The position numbers and the translations under genes are program-made. A stretch of 64,000 nt of DNA from Phoronis australis (Eukaryota; Animalia; Phoronida), in assembly GCA_002633005.1 (NCBI GenBank), contig NMRA01000118.1, forward strand, positions 682,707 through 746,706, written 5' to 3'. Below the pieces are notes generated by a model. It was not told the origin of the DNA. It worked only from the letters and a program-made list of their open reading frames with translations, and did no database searches. Positions 36,701 through 49,291 of the stretch are shown here, piece by piece (position 1 is the stretch's first letter; every line of letters starts with the position of its first letter).

Positions 36701-38264
36701 GGCGTGAACAGGCAAATTGTAACATAATAACAAAAACACAACGGATATCGTTGTTATGTAGCTTTTGTCAAAGCCAATAACCCAAGTTCAATGAGTCTAT
36801 CCCATTCAATAATTACCCCCAAAAAGCGATGTTTGGGCCGCAAATGCCGATAACGTCCCTCCGATACTGAAGTCATCACGTGCAAAGTACATTTTCCCAG
36901 TCATCCTCGTACGTGTAAGTCATGATGTACTCGATCACCGCAAAACATACACTTATTTGGAGTTCGCACAAGGGTGGAACGGAAAATGTCACATTAAATT
37001 TCGATTTCAATTACCAGACATAAGTCTCCGAAACAAAGTCTATCTCTGGTGAGTATCATGGACCGGGACAATGCCTGGACTTGAATGTTTGGCATCCTCT
37101 ACCTAGTGTTAAGGAAAAAAACGTGCCAGCTGTGACCTATCTTAAGGGAAACGTGACACTCTTGTGAATACGCTTGCAGCGCATTCATTAACTGGACAGT
37201 TTTTTTTATAATATCAATGTTGAAACAATATTATTTGAATGAGTTCTTCGTTTGGCTTAGCTAAATTATAACACTAGACTCACTGTGTAGCATTTGCGGA
37301 AGGTAATAGCGCTTACTGTACATATTGTTGGGTAGCTAATAGGCCAATCATCAAATGAATTCCTAATACTACTTATGCATACATAAAATCAAACAAATCC
37401 GCAGGCTAGCTGAGTATTTCCGGGAGTCTTGGTGAAGAAAGTTTTACATGATTTATAGAGTCCCATGGTTAAGTAATCAGGTATGGAAATTTATATTCAC
37501 TTTTGAAACAAGATAGAATAATATAAATTTGGACATTATCGACTAGAAAAGGGATGTTTCTGAGACAGCCTCTGCACGAAATCGAACATTCAACCCCACT
37601 GCATTCATACGAAACTTTTAGTTACTCTGCTTTATACACTGTGGCCTAAAACACTGTTTTTAAAATGTTCCACGTTTGCATGCGAGTATATCAAAGATTG
37701 TATTTTAATATTTCTCATGAAAAAAGCTTGATGCATAGAATGAAAACGAAATTACAATTTTGAAAACTATAACAGCATTTTTGAGATCCCACTTTGAACA
37801 TACATGTACATGTACATATCGAATAACATTTGATCATATTGTTGATTCCGTTGTTTTGCTATCAATTTAGATGTACTTTATTTTTGACTAAAAGATGCTG
37901 TCAAGTAACTTAATTAATAACGGATTGATAAAGAGTCAAAAATCAAAATTTTCGTGCTTTTTATTTTAAGTAATATATATATTTTTATTGATTTAAAATG
38001 TATAGTGTAGAGATATATGCATGCGGAGACTTGTGCACCAGATCCCATATACATTGTGACTGGTAACGTCACTTGCCTTAATTTCAATCAGTATCAGGCA
38101 GACATTGGCAAAAAATGGCGATTTGTAATCAAACCACTAAGAAAACAAAAAAACATGTTCTGGTTGTCATTGGTGGTCTAGTTTATTGTCACTCCCTGTA
38201 ACTAACTGTATTCTGTGCTTCATTACTTGTTGCTGGACCTAGCTAGATGGCCACTATATTTTCT

Positions 38265-38309
38265 CTTCTGATGATGGTGTTTGAATAAATGACACCGAAA
38301 CATGTCAAG
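38265..38309 (+). ncRNA. Minimal type-I hammerhead ribozyme motif (Penelope-like)
   Basis: ctt-CTGATGA-t-ggtgt...acacc-GAAA-catg-TC-aag: intact core, 5-bp stem II, palindromic ACATGT stem III, GUC site, 3-bp stem I. Confidence 0.7.
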
Positions 38310-40245
38310 TCCATTTAAAACCGTGGTTGTTTTTATTAATGTTCATTTAAAGCTATGATCAAACCTAGTCACAAAGTCATCATAAACTCTAATCCCATCC
38401 AAACATACGATTGTATTTCAATAATACGGTTTCCAGTTACAAAACCGATTATGTCCCTTGAAAGCGGTTAGAAACCCATTTGGTTTAGATCTCAAAATGC
38501 CCTTAGTCAAATTGAACATGATTTCATGGGTAGGAAGGTACAGTACTCTTACACTTCGGGATTTAGTGCACTACAAGTTGACTGATCACGGCGTGTCAAT
38601 TTTTGGTGATTATGGAATCAATTACCGTCCTTCTCCTGTTTTTAATAAAATTTTACAAGGGCCCCTCTTGGAAGAGGGTCGGGCGATTTTCCTTTGCCAA
38701 CTGAAATCTGACACACACGAATTTGCGTCGCACACGAATTAGCGTTTGACCTCATCTAAAGCGCGCCAAATTAAAACCACGATTGCCCCGCTCCATTTTA
38801 CTGCATGAATTGCGTTGAATTGTTTGGAATGTGAAAGGTTAATTTAGTGTGAAACAACTAAGATGAGAATTTTGTTCCTCAAATTCAAATTCGCCGTTTT
38901 ACTTCGAATAAAGACACACAATGTTTACACTTGTGGTTATGCCTCTTGCTATGTTTAGTAAGACGCCATTGATAGTAAGAAAATTGATGTCGCGTGCTGA
39001 AATATTAAAAATTCAACGCAAACATTTTTCAAACTTCGAAACATTTTCGAAATTAAAAGTAACGTTCTAATGCTCTCTATGCTTTACGGCTTTTTTGGCA
39101 AACTGTACCGAGATCTCCCTCAGAAGTGAGGAATTAAACCGCTGTTTCCGCAGTTGCTACCTGATGCTCTGCTGCTAAGCTAAACCCCGTTGATAAACTA
39201 AGACAATGGATTAACTTGAGCGAATGCCGAGCAGACAACGGCGACAGTTGTTGATTTGTAGCACTACCCAAAACACTGCTGGCTTTGTGTTATTTAATAG
39301 TATCTGGCTTGTAATCTTGACAACGTTGAACTGTAAATCATAATTCAGGCTGTCATTAAGCAAGTTTATACACTGTACTTGTTTATGATTTCTTTACAAG
39401 CACTGCAGGTAGATTAATTTGCTGTTTTCTGTTGTGTTTCAATGGTTAGTGAATGTAATAGAGAAAGTTTGTAGCAGGTGCATCGTAAATTTGTATAATT
39501 TACTCATATGAAGGCCTCCATAATTTTAAAACTAACTTGTGTTTAAGCTGGAGGACCAAACGCTACAGGTAATTCATATTCTTCATTGTATCAATATTCT
39601 ATGTTTTTCATGTCGCTTAATTTAAAGAAATCAGTTTGCAGATAATTCCATCAGGAAAACAATACAACACAACAGGTGTATACTCTTTTTATCGATAAAA
39701 ACGTTGATGTCTATCTATATGGCAATACAAATTTGGAAAAGCTCTATCTTCAATGGCTTTTACAATGATTTCAATAATCGTTTTTGATGAAAAATAATTC
39801 ATTTGTAGTGCTAAAGAAATTGTAATAATTAGTGAAATCGTAAATTAAGCAATATCACCAGTCCCGCAAAGCAAATCAACATGTTTTAACGCGTTCTACA
39901 ACGAATGTAGTAATGTAGTTCTAAAACGTGAATTAAATCAAACAGCACAATAGAATAAGTTTGCAGTTTCCTCTGTAATAAATTATTTTAAAAACGTTTG
40001 TTTTGAAAGTTATAACTTGACTGCACTATTCCCAACTGCTTTGTGTGCAACTATTTTCGATAATCTCTCCCAGTCTTCTTAGAAGTAGTTTTAAATTACA
40101 ATATCACCTAATTTTGTAATTCTGATTATCTGTAACACTGTATTTGTTATTTTCTGGTGGCTACGTGGTCAGCGGACCTTTGGGGTCCTTCACGGAGTAA
40201 ATTTGTTTTAAATGTATTTTTTGTCGTAACGTGAATAAAGTGTAT

Positions 40246-40323
40246 TACTACTACCACTACCACTACCACTACCACTACCACTACCACTACCACTACCACT
40301 ACCACTACCACTACTACTACTAC
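40246..40323 (+). repeat. (ACTACC)n/(ACT)n microsatellite, possible retroelement 3' tail
   Basis: Direct reading; preceded by AATAAA at about 40234. Confidence 0.9.
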
Positions 40324-40835
40324 ATGGCTTGGCAGCTAAGTTAAAAGCGTGAACTTCAAACTACATAAAGGACAGGTACAACCACGGGCAAGAATTCAAA
40401 TACAAATCTCATAAGCAAGCCATCCTTGCTTCTATATTACGAAACTTAAAAAAAAACAAGAAGCATTTCATTCGTTTGCAAGCGAAATTAGCAAAACCAG
40501 GGGCATTTGCCCCTAGCTTTAGCCAAATTCGAACCATAGTAACGGCTTCTTTTTTAAATCAGACATTAAAAGCACAGTGCATGTATTGTGGTGATCACAA
40601 ATATAGTTTGAGCACTGCTGTAGTGAAAAACCTACCTAAGTGTAGAATATTTAGTAACTTTATTAATGGCGTGTGGGACTTCCATGAATACATTTAACGG
40701 TCTGAAAAATGACCCTTTCACATAATGTACATGTATAAATGGCTGAAGCGTTTGAGGATGGCTTGGTTGACTGTGTTACCGGGAAACGAAGGCTAAGACT
40801 TTTGTTGACTATATTGATGTGGAATGTTTACACAG

Positions 40836-41080
40836 GACGGTTCCAAGAAAACTTACTTAGCTTAGAAAAATCTTAAATTTCAGCCAATCTTTAGATAAAA
40901 CTTACATTTATCTCAAGTCAGTTCCAAAAAAGAGATATTAAGTCTGACTTACGTTTTTGACATAAGTTTTGTCTTAATTTTGGCTAACTTACCGGAAGTG
41001 GAATGTTCAAAGTTTGGAACTGAGACAAATCTCAGGCTTAATTCAAAAATAAACTTAAGCTAGTTTCTTGGAACGGGCAC
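40836..41080. mobile_element. MITE family D (PIF/Harbinger-like termini)
   Basis: TIR cggttccaagaaa / tttcttggaacgg; diverged reverse-orientation copy at about 56545-56736. Confidence 0.6.
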
Positions 41081-41989
41081 CTGAGCAATAAATAGAACAA
41101 GTCGATAAAGTTACTGCAAACTGTGACGGTTTAGGGGATGGAATAGTTCAGACGGCTGGGTGGATGGAGATGTTGACGAGCCGAGGTGAAAATAGGACAG
41201 CATTGTTCTCGCGTATAGCCAACGTCAAGGGAAGGGTAAAACATGGCAGTGCACAATTATTGTATAACTACATGTAATACTAGATCACTTCATGCCTTTT
41301 TGTTAAATAACTCACTATAGCCTTCGTCAAACCTTGAAAAATGCATTCTTACAAAGCCTCTGCTAAGTCTGCAAGTGTGAGTCTGGCTAACGCTTTGGGA
41401 GATTCAATCAACTGGTGTGAGGAAAGACCGCTCCGTCGGAGTGAAAGGTGACAACAATTTTCAGTCGAAGTCTCCAAGGCGTGGTTGAAACAGCTGTGAA
41501 CAACGAGTGTACTTGATTCAATTCGCCGGTTCAGCTGGTTCAACCAGCTACGGGAATGGATTGCTCTAAGCCGCAAATTCGTCATGGGATTGGAAAAATA
41601 ATCAAATGTGTTAGACGGTTCATCTTTTTGAGCTGGCGGAGAGCGTCAAATGAATGCAGCCAATGGGTTGGTGTCATAAACAATTTTTTTCACAGACGTA
41701 CTTACTGTACTTCAAATCATCGTCATGGCGTGTTCATGCTTTGTTGGGATAAGAGCCTGCAATTCCTAACGAAACAGTACTGCTTTGGCGGCTGAAGCAA
41801 AACAAAAACGACTAACTGTCGAATCTTAACCCAGAAATCATTTGTAATCTCAGTATGGATATTTATAAGCTCGATAAGTCCCAACTACACAAAGATGTCT
41901 TAGTAAAAAGTTCGACTCATTAATTGTTGAGAAAATACTGACCTGTCATTTCAGCAATTAAGCGTCTTTAGTGCCTGTCGGGATACACC

Positions 41990-42104
41990 ATGGATCTCAT
42001 AAGACTGACACTAAGCCTCTTGCTTGTCATCACGTCTGTGGTTAGGTCGCAGGCGTCACAGTGGAACACAAAGTACCCATCGGACTTCTCCTATTCTCAA
42101 ACGG
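41990..42104 (+). CDS. Gene 2 first coding exon: signal peptide
   Basis: Kozak-like accATGg; hydrophobic core; donor G|gtaagt; acceptor at 41954 implies an upstream non-coding exon. Confidence 0.8.
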
Positions 42105-45100
42105 GTAAGTTGCTCCTGATATCGGCTGGTGACGTAAGCAGCACGCTTAAACCTGCATTTCGTAAAGCGGAACGCTTAACTAGGGAGCGTTGGGGTTTTT
42201 AAACAGCAAAAACATTACCATGTTCATCCGATTATGAATTGTATTGACATGAGCTAGCAGCTTGAATCACTAGTGACCCGTTAGTGCGCCATTTTCAATT
42301 TTGCACTATTAGGTTTAGCCAAACCAGATAAACTTTGAAACGTTTTCTTTAGTTGTTGATGATTTCCTTGTTCTTGTTTGTTACATAAATAGAACCCTGT
42401 CACCGTAAGGAATGAGAATTGTTTTATGAGTGAGCGACTGACTCGAGCTAACACTTGTCTTACCTTTATTTTATAATGCAATTATGCTTCTATCGTCTCA
42501 TCTCATCCAAGGTTATCTAAAAAGGCAGCCGGGACAGGAGCTTACTGTAACCTACAGTTTTTGTATAGGTCGCACATACCATGCTATACAATTCGATGAC
42601 CACACTACTTGCATGCATGCTTAACCGTTCCTTCCATAATAAAAACAATTTTTGATCTTAAACCAAATAACGTTTTGAAATAGGACTCAATTTAATTTTG
42701 GCGAAAATATGAGAATTGTGAGCTTGAAAAGGATCAACAGTTCATAGCAAGGCTCTACACGTTCAAACATCACGGCGTTGTGTCATTTTATTCGCCGAGC
42801 GAGGTTTCTATCAACAACGAAATGCCATTTTTGTGCTAATACCAGTTTCTCGACCGAATGCAGGTATATTGTCGTTTTTAACTTTGTTATCGTGGCTTAC
42901 TTTTTGACTACAGTGTGTCATTGGTGTACATGCACACTGTTTTTAAAATATTTGACTAAAAATTGTATTGTGGAAACAATATTTTATACTTACAACTGTG
43001 TAAAAGTATTCATTGAAACGTTTTGAAAAGTCTGATCGCATGCGCGCACCCAGGGGGGCGGCATTTGCCGAAGTGGGCAAAAAGGTCCGCCCCTGAGAGA
43101 CAAAAGGTCCAAGAAAATGGGACAATAGTCCACTAAATATGCGCAAACGCGCAATTCACAGTGGTACTCCCGTTTTTTTTTCCTTTTTTTTGTCCGCCCG
43201 CTCTTTTGTTAGCAAAAGGTCCACATCGTCAGGAATTCGAGCCCCCATATCGAAGGCTGGGTGCGTGAATTCTTACAACCGAATAGCTTTAGGGTTCAAA
43301 CATTACCATAGATGTACTCATTCAACTCTGAATTATATTGCATGCGTGAACCCGGGAAGGGTTCTGGGGCTCGAACAAGCCCCCCATTTGCCGAAGTGGG
43401 CAATAAGGTCGGCCTCAGAGAGACAAAAAGTCCGAGAATATGGCATAAGTCCACTAAACATGCGCAAACGCGCAATTCACAGAGGTGCACCGTTTTTTTA
43501 GTCGGCCCGCTTTTTTGTTACCAAAGGGTCCACAAAGTCAGGAATTCGAGCCCTCATATTGAAGGCTGGTTGCGCGCATGTATTTTTGAATGAACTGACA
43601 ACTCAAATACACAGGCAATGGATACACTAGACAGTGGCCCTTTTGTCGGGTTGTCCTCTTAAAAATTCATATTCATAACCTAATGCAATTTGGTATAATT
43701 GCTGGTACTAGTTGATTTCCGGACGGATGTGGCTAATACAGCACCACCTTGTGGCCCTTAATTTTGGAGAGGTTTGCAGCTACCACTTTAAACGTATTCT
43801 AACAAGTGTTGTACCGGTTGCACCCCATGCTTTTGGCTTTGTATCTGACAAGCCTTATGCTAATTTTGGAGTCATAGTGCTGTGTCCCTTCGTGACCCGA
43901 TTTATTTCTTTGTTGCAGATGTCGAGCATTGTTTATTTTTAAACTTTATAATTTGATGTTAGTTTTAGAAGGTGAGGTGCCAACACTTTTCTTCAATTAT
44001 GACTACTGCAGTTACCCCTTGTGGTCTTGATGCTATTTACTTGTACTTTGCATGAAGCTGTTCACTTGAAACAAACTTGTTTGCAATGTCCAAATCAAAA
44101 CTTCGCTTTCTACGTTGTTATTATGTTTAGATGAGGACAACGGTTTGGAAACCGGCCAGCACTACAGCTCCCAGTCGTGTTCTGGCTGCACGTGCGCCAA
44201 CAACGAAGTGAAGAACTGCAACGCAACGTCAGTGTAAGTTGTTTATAGTCGGAATATGACTACCGTTGGCAGTTGATTTTACTTACATGTATGTGTTGAA
44301 TAATGACAAGTCTGGCGATTTTCTATTCTGATGTTTATTTCTTAAAAAGAAACACAGGCGTACGGAAACATCCTTATGAAGATTGCAGAAATAATCATAG
44401 TTGCAGCAACACAGTTACAATCTAGACCCTTAAAAAGTGGAACAACTCGTCAATTACTTGGTATTTTGCAGAACCATCAGTTCTATTACCTTCCACAGTG
44501 TGACAGATTCCACATTCGGAAGCAATGTGCAAAGAATGTAAGTATAGATACCGCTGCAGAGCTACTGTTGTAAATGTTTGCATCCACAACTTCGTAATTT
44601 GTGCATACGTATCTTCAACTTCTTGTGACTACATTCGACAATCAAAGTTATTCGTCAAGGTTTATTATACGGTAGTAGATGTCAAAGTCGCTGTAAGCTC
44701 GCCTTCTGCCACAAAAGACCAACTTTTGACAACACATGTACATCAAATACAAAACTGGCCACAACTTGCATCTTATTCAGATTTGAGGGCGCACCTACGC
44801 TCGGGGAGTATTATACTTTTGTTTTAATTTGCTTTTATTTTTGTTACAGAGGCGTGGCTAAGTGATACCTGTATACTCTAGCTTAAATTTATCTTAATTT
44901 ACCAAACCACAGATCTAAAGTTTTGACAGAAGCCAGTGGAGTTTAACATTTAATACTACAGTTTGGGTATATGTACAAACTGTGGAACTTAGCATGCTCC
45001 GGAAGTGATTGGTCGGTGAGGCTAGACTGTTGAATTATGGGAGGGAATTCACGGTTTCGGTCAAGTTAGCGAACTTTCTCGCCACAATTCTAGGGTGTAT

Positions 45101-48100
45101 AGCAATAGTCGACGCCTTTCTGATCTAATGCCGTGCTCTTTTGCAGATCCATCATGTACTGTCCGACTTTTACAAAAATTGCACCAGGCTCATTTAAAAG
45201 GGTTGTAAATTTACAGTATCTGTAAGTACAACGTGTACATCTCTCTTTAAGCGTTAAGCTCTTTTTTCTGTATCCAAATTGTGCATTTTTCAATAAGTTT
45301 TTCATCCGAGTGTTTATAAAGTATAGGCTTTCATTTGCCAATGCGCGTGTCGTAAACTGAATGACATCTGTGTCTATTTCCAATCGTTTTTAACTGTAAT
45401 TCTGAATACACGTCGACGCTCGTTATTTGTAAAGAATAGGTTCATTGTCACTCTAAAATACTGGGTGCTCGGATTTATTCAATTCTTTCTCGTTTAGTTT
45501 CAAACGCTTTATTCCACATATAGTTAGCTTCACATGTAAAACGAGGTATTATCCTGCATGTTGCTGCCAACCCAATAGCCTCCATAGTGAACCCTGCAAT
45601 ATTGTAAAGCTTTATGTTGAAATATATTAAATATGATCAGGAAAACAAAATTACCTTGATTGCACTTTGTGTAATTTTGAGCATTTTTTACAATTCAAGA
45701 TGGTTTATGCCGCCATCTTGAATTTCGACCCACTGTTTTTTATCAACTTGATGACGAACTGTGTCGTGCAATACATTGTTTATACCATTTTATGTGATGG
45801 GGAGTCCATTCCTGATGTTGTTATATTGATGCATGATCATTTTCAGGTTCAAACTATAGATCAAACGTACAAACTGCAGCTTTCTGGTATTTATTTTTCA
45901 ATCTCATTAATTTTACACTTTCTTCATTAAGCACTTCAAGATTTATTTTCGAAATGCTAATTATGGCATACTATAGTGACTGTGCCAAACATTTTCCTTA
46001 TGAGATCTATGAGGGTTTTATCGGCACACCTGAGAAAACATCTGGCGTGGAAATGCTCATCAGCTCACCAGTTGCTGGTACATCCAGCATGGTTACTGCC
46101 CATTACTCCGAAATAGCGGTACTTCGAAGGCCCACTATTCCGAAACAAACATAACTTCCAAGAAACGTTCGCCTTCTCCAAGCGTGTCTGTTAAATTCTA
46201 TAACATCAATATGATACTTACATGTATTCTCTCAGTCAAGCGAACGTCAAAGAAGATACGAAACAAGAGTCGCTAACTACAAAGACAGTAGAAACAGCAG
46301 ACACAAGCCGTTAGACTTAATTTCCCAAATTTTGTTTTTTTGTGTGGGCATTTTGTGAGTTAGCAACAAATTCGTAAAATTTGGGAGAAATTTAGGAAAA
46401 TCGAGTAAACAATAAAAACAACATTTCGTAGTAACGTTTTTTTCGGGGTAGTTGGCTTTCGGAGTAGTGACCTGTAACCTTCCAGTATAGTCAAAGGAAA
46501 GGGTAAGACTGATGCTATGTGGGGATATAGTCTCACCACACCCATATTGTTTCTCAATTTATTCTCAAATGGGGCCAAGTTTTATGGGCAGCTGGTGGTT
46601 TAGCTGCCTTTTTTAAGTCAATACTTCTGTCTTTCATCTTTCTTCCTTAGCTTCTCCCTTCAACAGCCCTATAAAAGGCTTCTTTTTATAAAAGGTGGCC
46701 GTGTGGGTGAAGAGTTTCAGGGGCTGTGCCCATCTTGATACTGTACGTCATGGACATCATATGTCACGTGGAATGATGGTGGTGAAGAGCAGAAGCCACG
46801 CAGTGAAGTGACATGAAAAGACTAAGCAAAGAAGGAGTGGTCCTGAACGAGGACGACTGGAAAAAGATTGCGGAGGAGAAAAAGTGGCGCAAACATCCGC
46901 TCGCTGACCAGCAGCCATATCTCCATAACATCTGCAATCGCCGAGTAGTTAGTGATTGTTCAGAATGAGCTGGTCATAAGGCATGAGCAGGGCAGTCAGC
47001 TTTACAGTTTCGGCAAGCAGTAAATGTTACAAAGCAATTGAGAAAAAGTCAAAATGCCGGCGGAGTTGCTGAACAAGACTGCCCCTGTCAAGGGAAAGCC
47101 ATCCATGGCGTTGAGACGCTGTTCAGTTGCCTGGTAGCCGTCGGACAGCAATGCAATATTAACGTAGTTAACATTTTTTCAGTATGAACTTATTGTGTTC
47201 ACCTCCAGAGCCCTGATCGACACACACGGTAGTAGGGTGACAAAGCCATTTTGGTCAAATTTCTCCAAGTTTGTCCCAAGTCATTCTGCTTCGGATGGGG
47301 TGTTGATTGCTGTTGTCCAGCTTTTATACTGGGTCGCTTGGACTGTCTCCGGAACTACAGGCCATTTAGGTTAAGGCTCTGCACTCTACTAACCCTCTAT
47401 TCCCTGCTTGTAAAAATTTTGGCTTTGAATTATGTGACAACAAAGACCCCTACAAAAAGGACATTGAGACGACAACATGAGGGAAAGTTTAGTTACACAT
47501 GCTGAAGTAGACGTTGAATAGGCAAATGTTGAAAGTGATGAAAGAAGGCACCCGCACTTTCAAAATCCCTAGTGACAACACTGACGTCCCCGTGCTCTTG
47601 GTTTATGGAATGCCATCTGACGTCAAGATTCAAATGGGATGGAAATATAATGGGCAGTTGCAACAGGTGCAGCCAACATGAAAGATCAAAAGACGTGAGA
47701 GTACTGGACAGAGAAAAGTTTGAGTTGAACGAGCTGTCAGAGACAATGCCTGTGTTAAAACCATGAACCTCTCTCTGAATAGACACGTAGGTGCCAAAAG
47801 TTTAACTTACCTCAGTCAGTGGCTCGTGGTTCATTGCCTTGCAGCTGTTTACTAACGGACACCGACAGAAAGGGACGAACTTTTCGCGGGAACCAGGCAG
47901 TCATAAATTCCCAGTAGAAGGATCCAGGTGACTCCACAGTGTAAGCTCCAGAAGTGATAGTCTTCACCTGGATGAATAATAATACCCACCGTAACTAACA
48001 TATACGTTATATGTACGAATTACACGTACTGTGTACACACATCCTTATTCACGAGGAGGCAGTGTGGCCTGCCAGTGGTAGAAGGAGTGTCATTCCTCTA

Positions 48101-49253
48101 CTTAAGACTTTGTGTTAGAATAAGGTCTGTAGCTCCTCAGCTCAGTTTCAACTAATAAAGCATAAGATGAGTTCCAGGTGATCAGTGCAATGGGCCTACA
48201 CGTACCTGAGCGGCTTGTCCACTTAAATTAAGCTTGTAAAATGTTGGGAGGATATGTAATTCCACTATTTAGCTATCCCTTGTTCTTAATACTATGGAAT
48301 CACAGGAATGTCAATTTTGCATTTCCCGTCAATTTAACATTTCGTCGGCCGACACAGGTGCATTTTAATAATGCCATTCCAAGTTGACCTTTGAACCTTT
48401 CAGTTGACGTTGAGCACCCATAAAAATAATAGCAGAAATAGACTTTTCGTCCCAAAAAATTGGAAACGATACACTGCAGGATCCTACAAGTCATTATGTT
48501 AAGAATGTGGAAGTTTGGCGAAATTCAAGATGGCGGATGCTACCATCTTGAACCAAGTTAATTTTGTTTTCCTGACCACACATGATAAATTACCAACTTT
48601 TTGGCAACTATAGTAACTTAAGTGTATCTCCGGTTATATTAAATGCATCTAAAACAGGTAATTAAGTACTGGAGACATTACTGGTATGTACCATTTTTAG
48701 CTCTTTACAATTTACACATTTCAAATATTTTTACACACTACAATTGATCTAGCTGCGATTTTATATAACTGGAAATTTTTATTTACAATATCTGCCCATC
48801 TGCAAATGCATGAACGTGTAAAGATAGCAATTCATGAACATGAGTGTATCTTATTTTCAGGCGTATTCAGAACACGGGCATTACGTTTTTTCCAGACCTT
48901 TCCAGCACAAGATTGAAAATATTGTAAGTTGTTATTCGTTAAACAACTTGTTAACGCAAACGCATATCCACACACATACCCTGTACATAATCTGTCATTC
49001 ATTAACATAAACTATTCGTTTCATTAAATACCAACCCATATACCACAGATTTAAACATTTAAAAGCGCGTTAATTGCACTGTGTGTTACTATTAGTGGGA
49101 CGATTGTTTCCAAATAATATTTGGGGTTAACACCTTCTCATTTGAAATGAGCTTTTCTCAAATAAATGAGCTGCGAAAAAAGGACTTAAATTGAATACTT
49201 AATAAGGTATTGCCCAGAAAATGCCACACGTGCAAATTCATTAAACGGTCTAG

Positions 49254-49291
<38 letters not shown>

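Noticed and set aside
43139-43593. ORFs over the two tandem MITE A copies
   Set aside because: Chance frames in GC-rich non-autonomous repeats.
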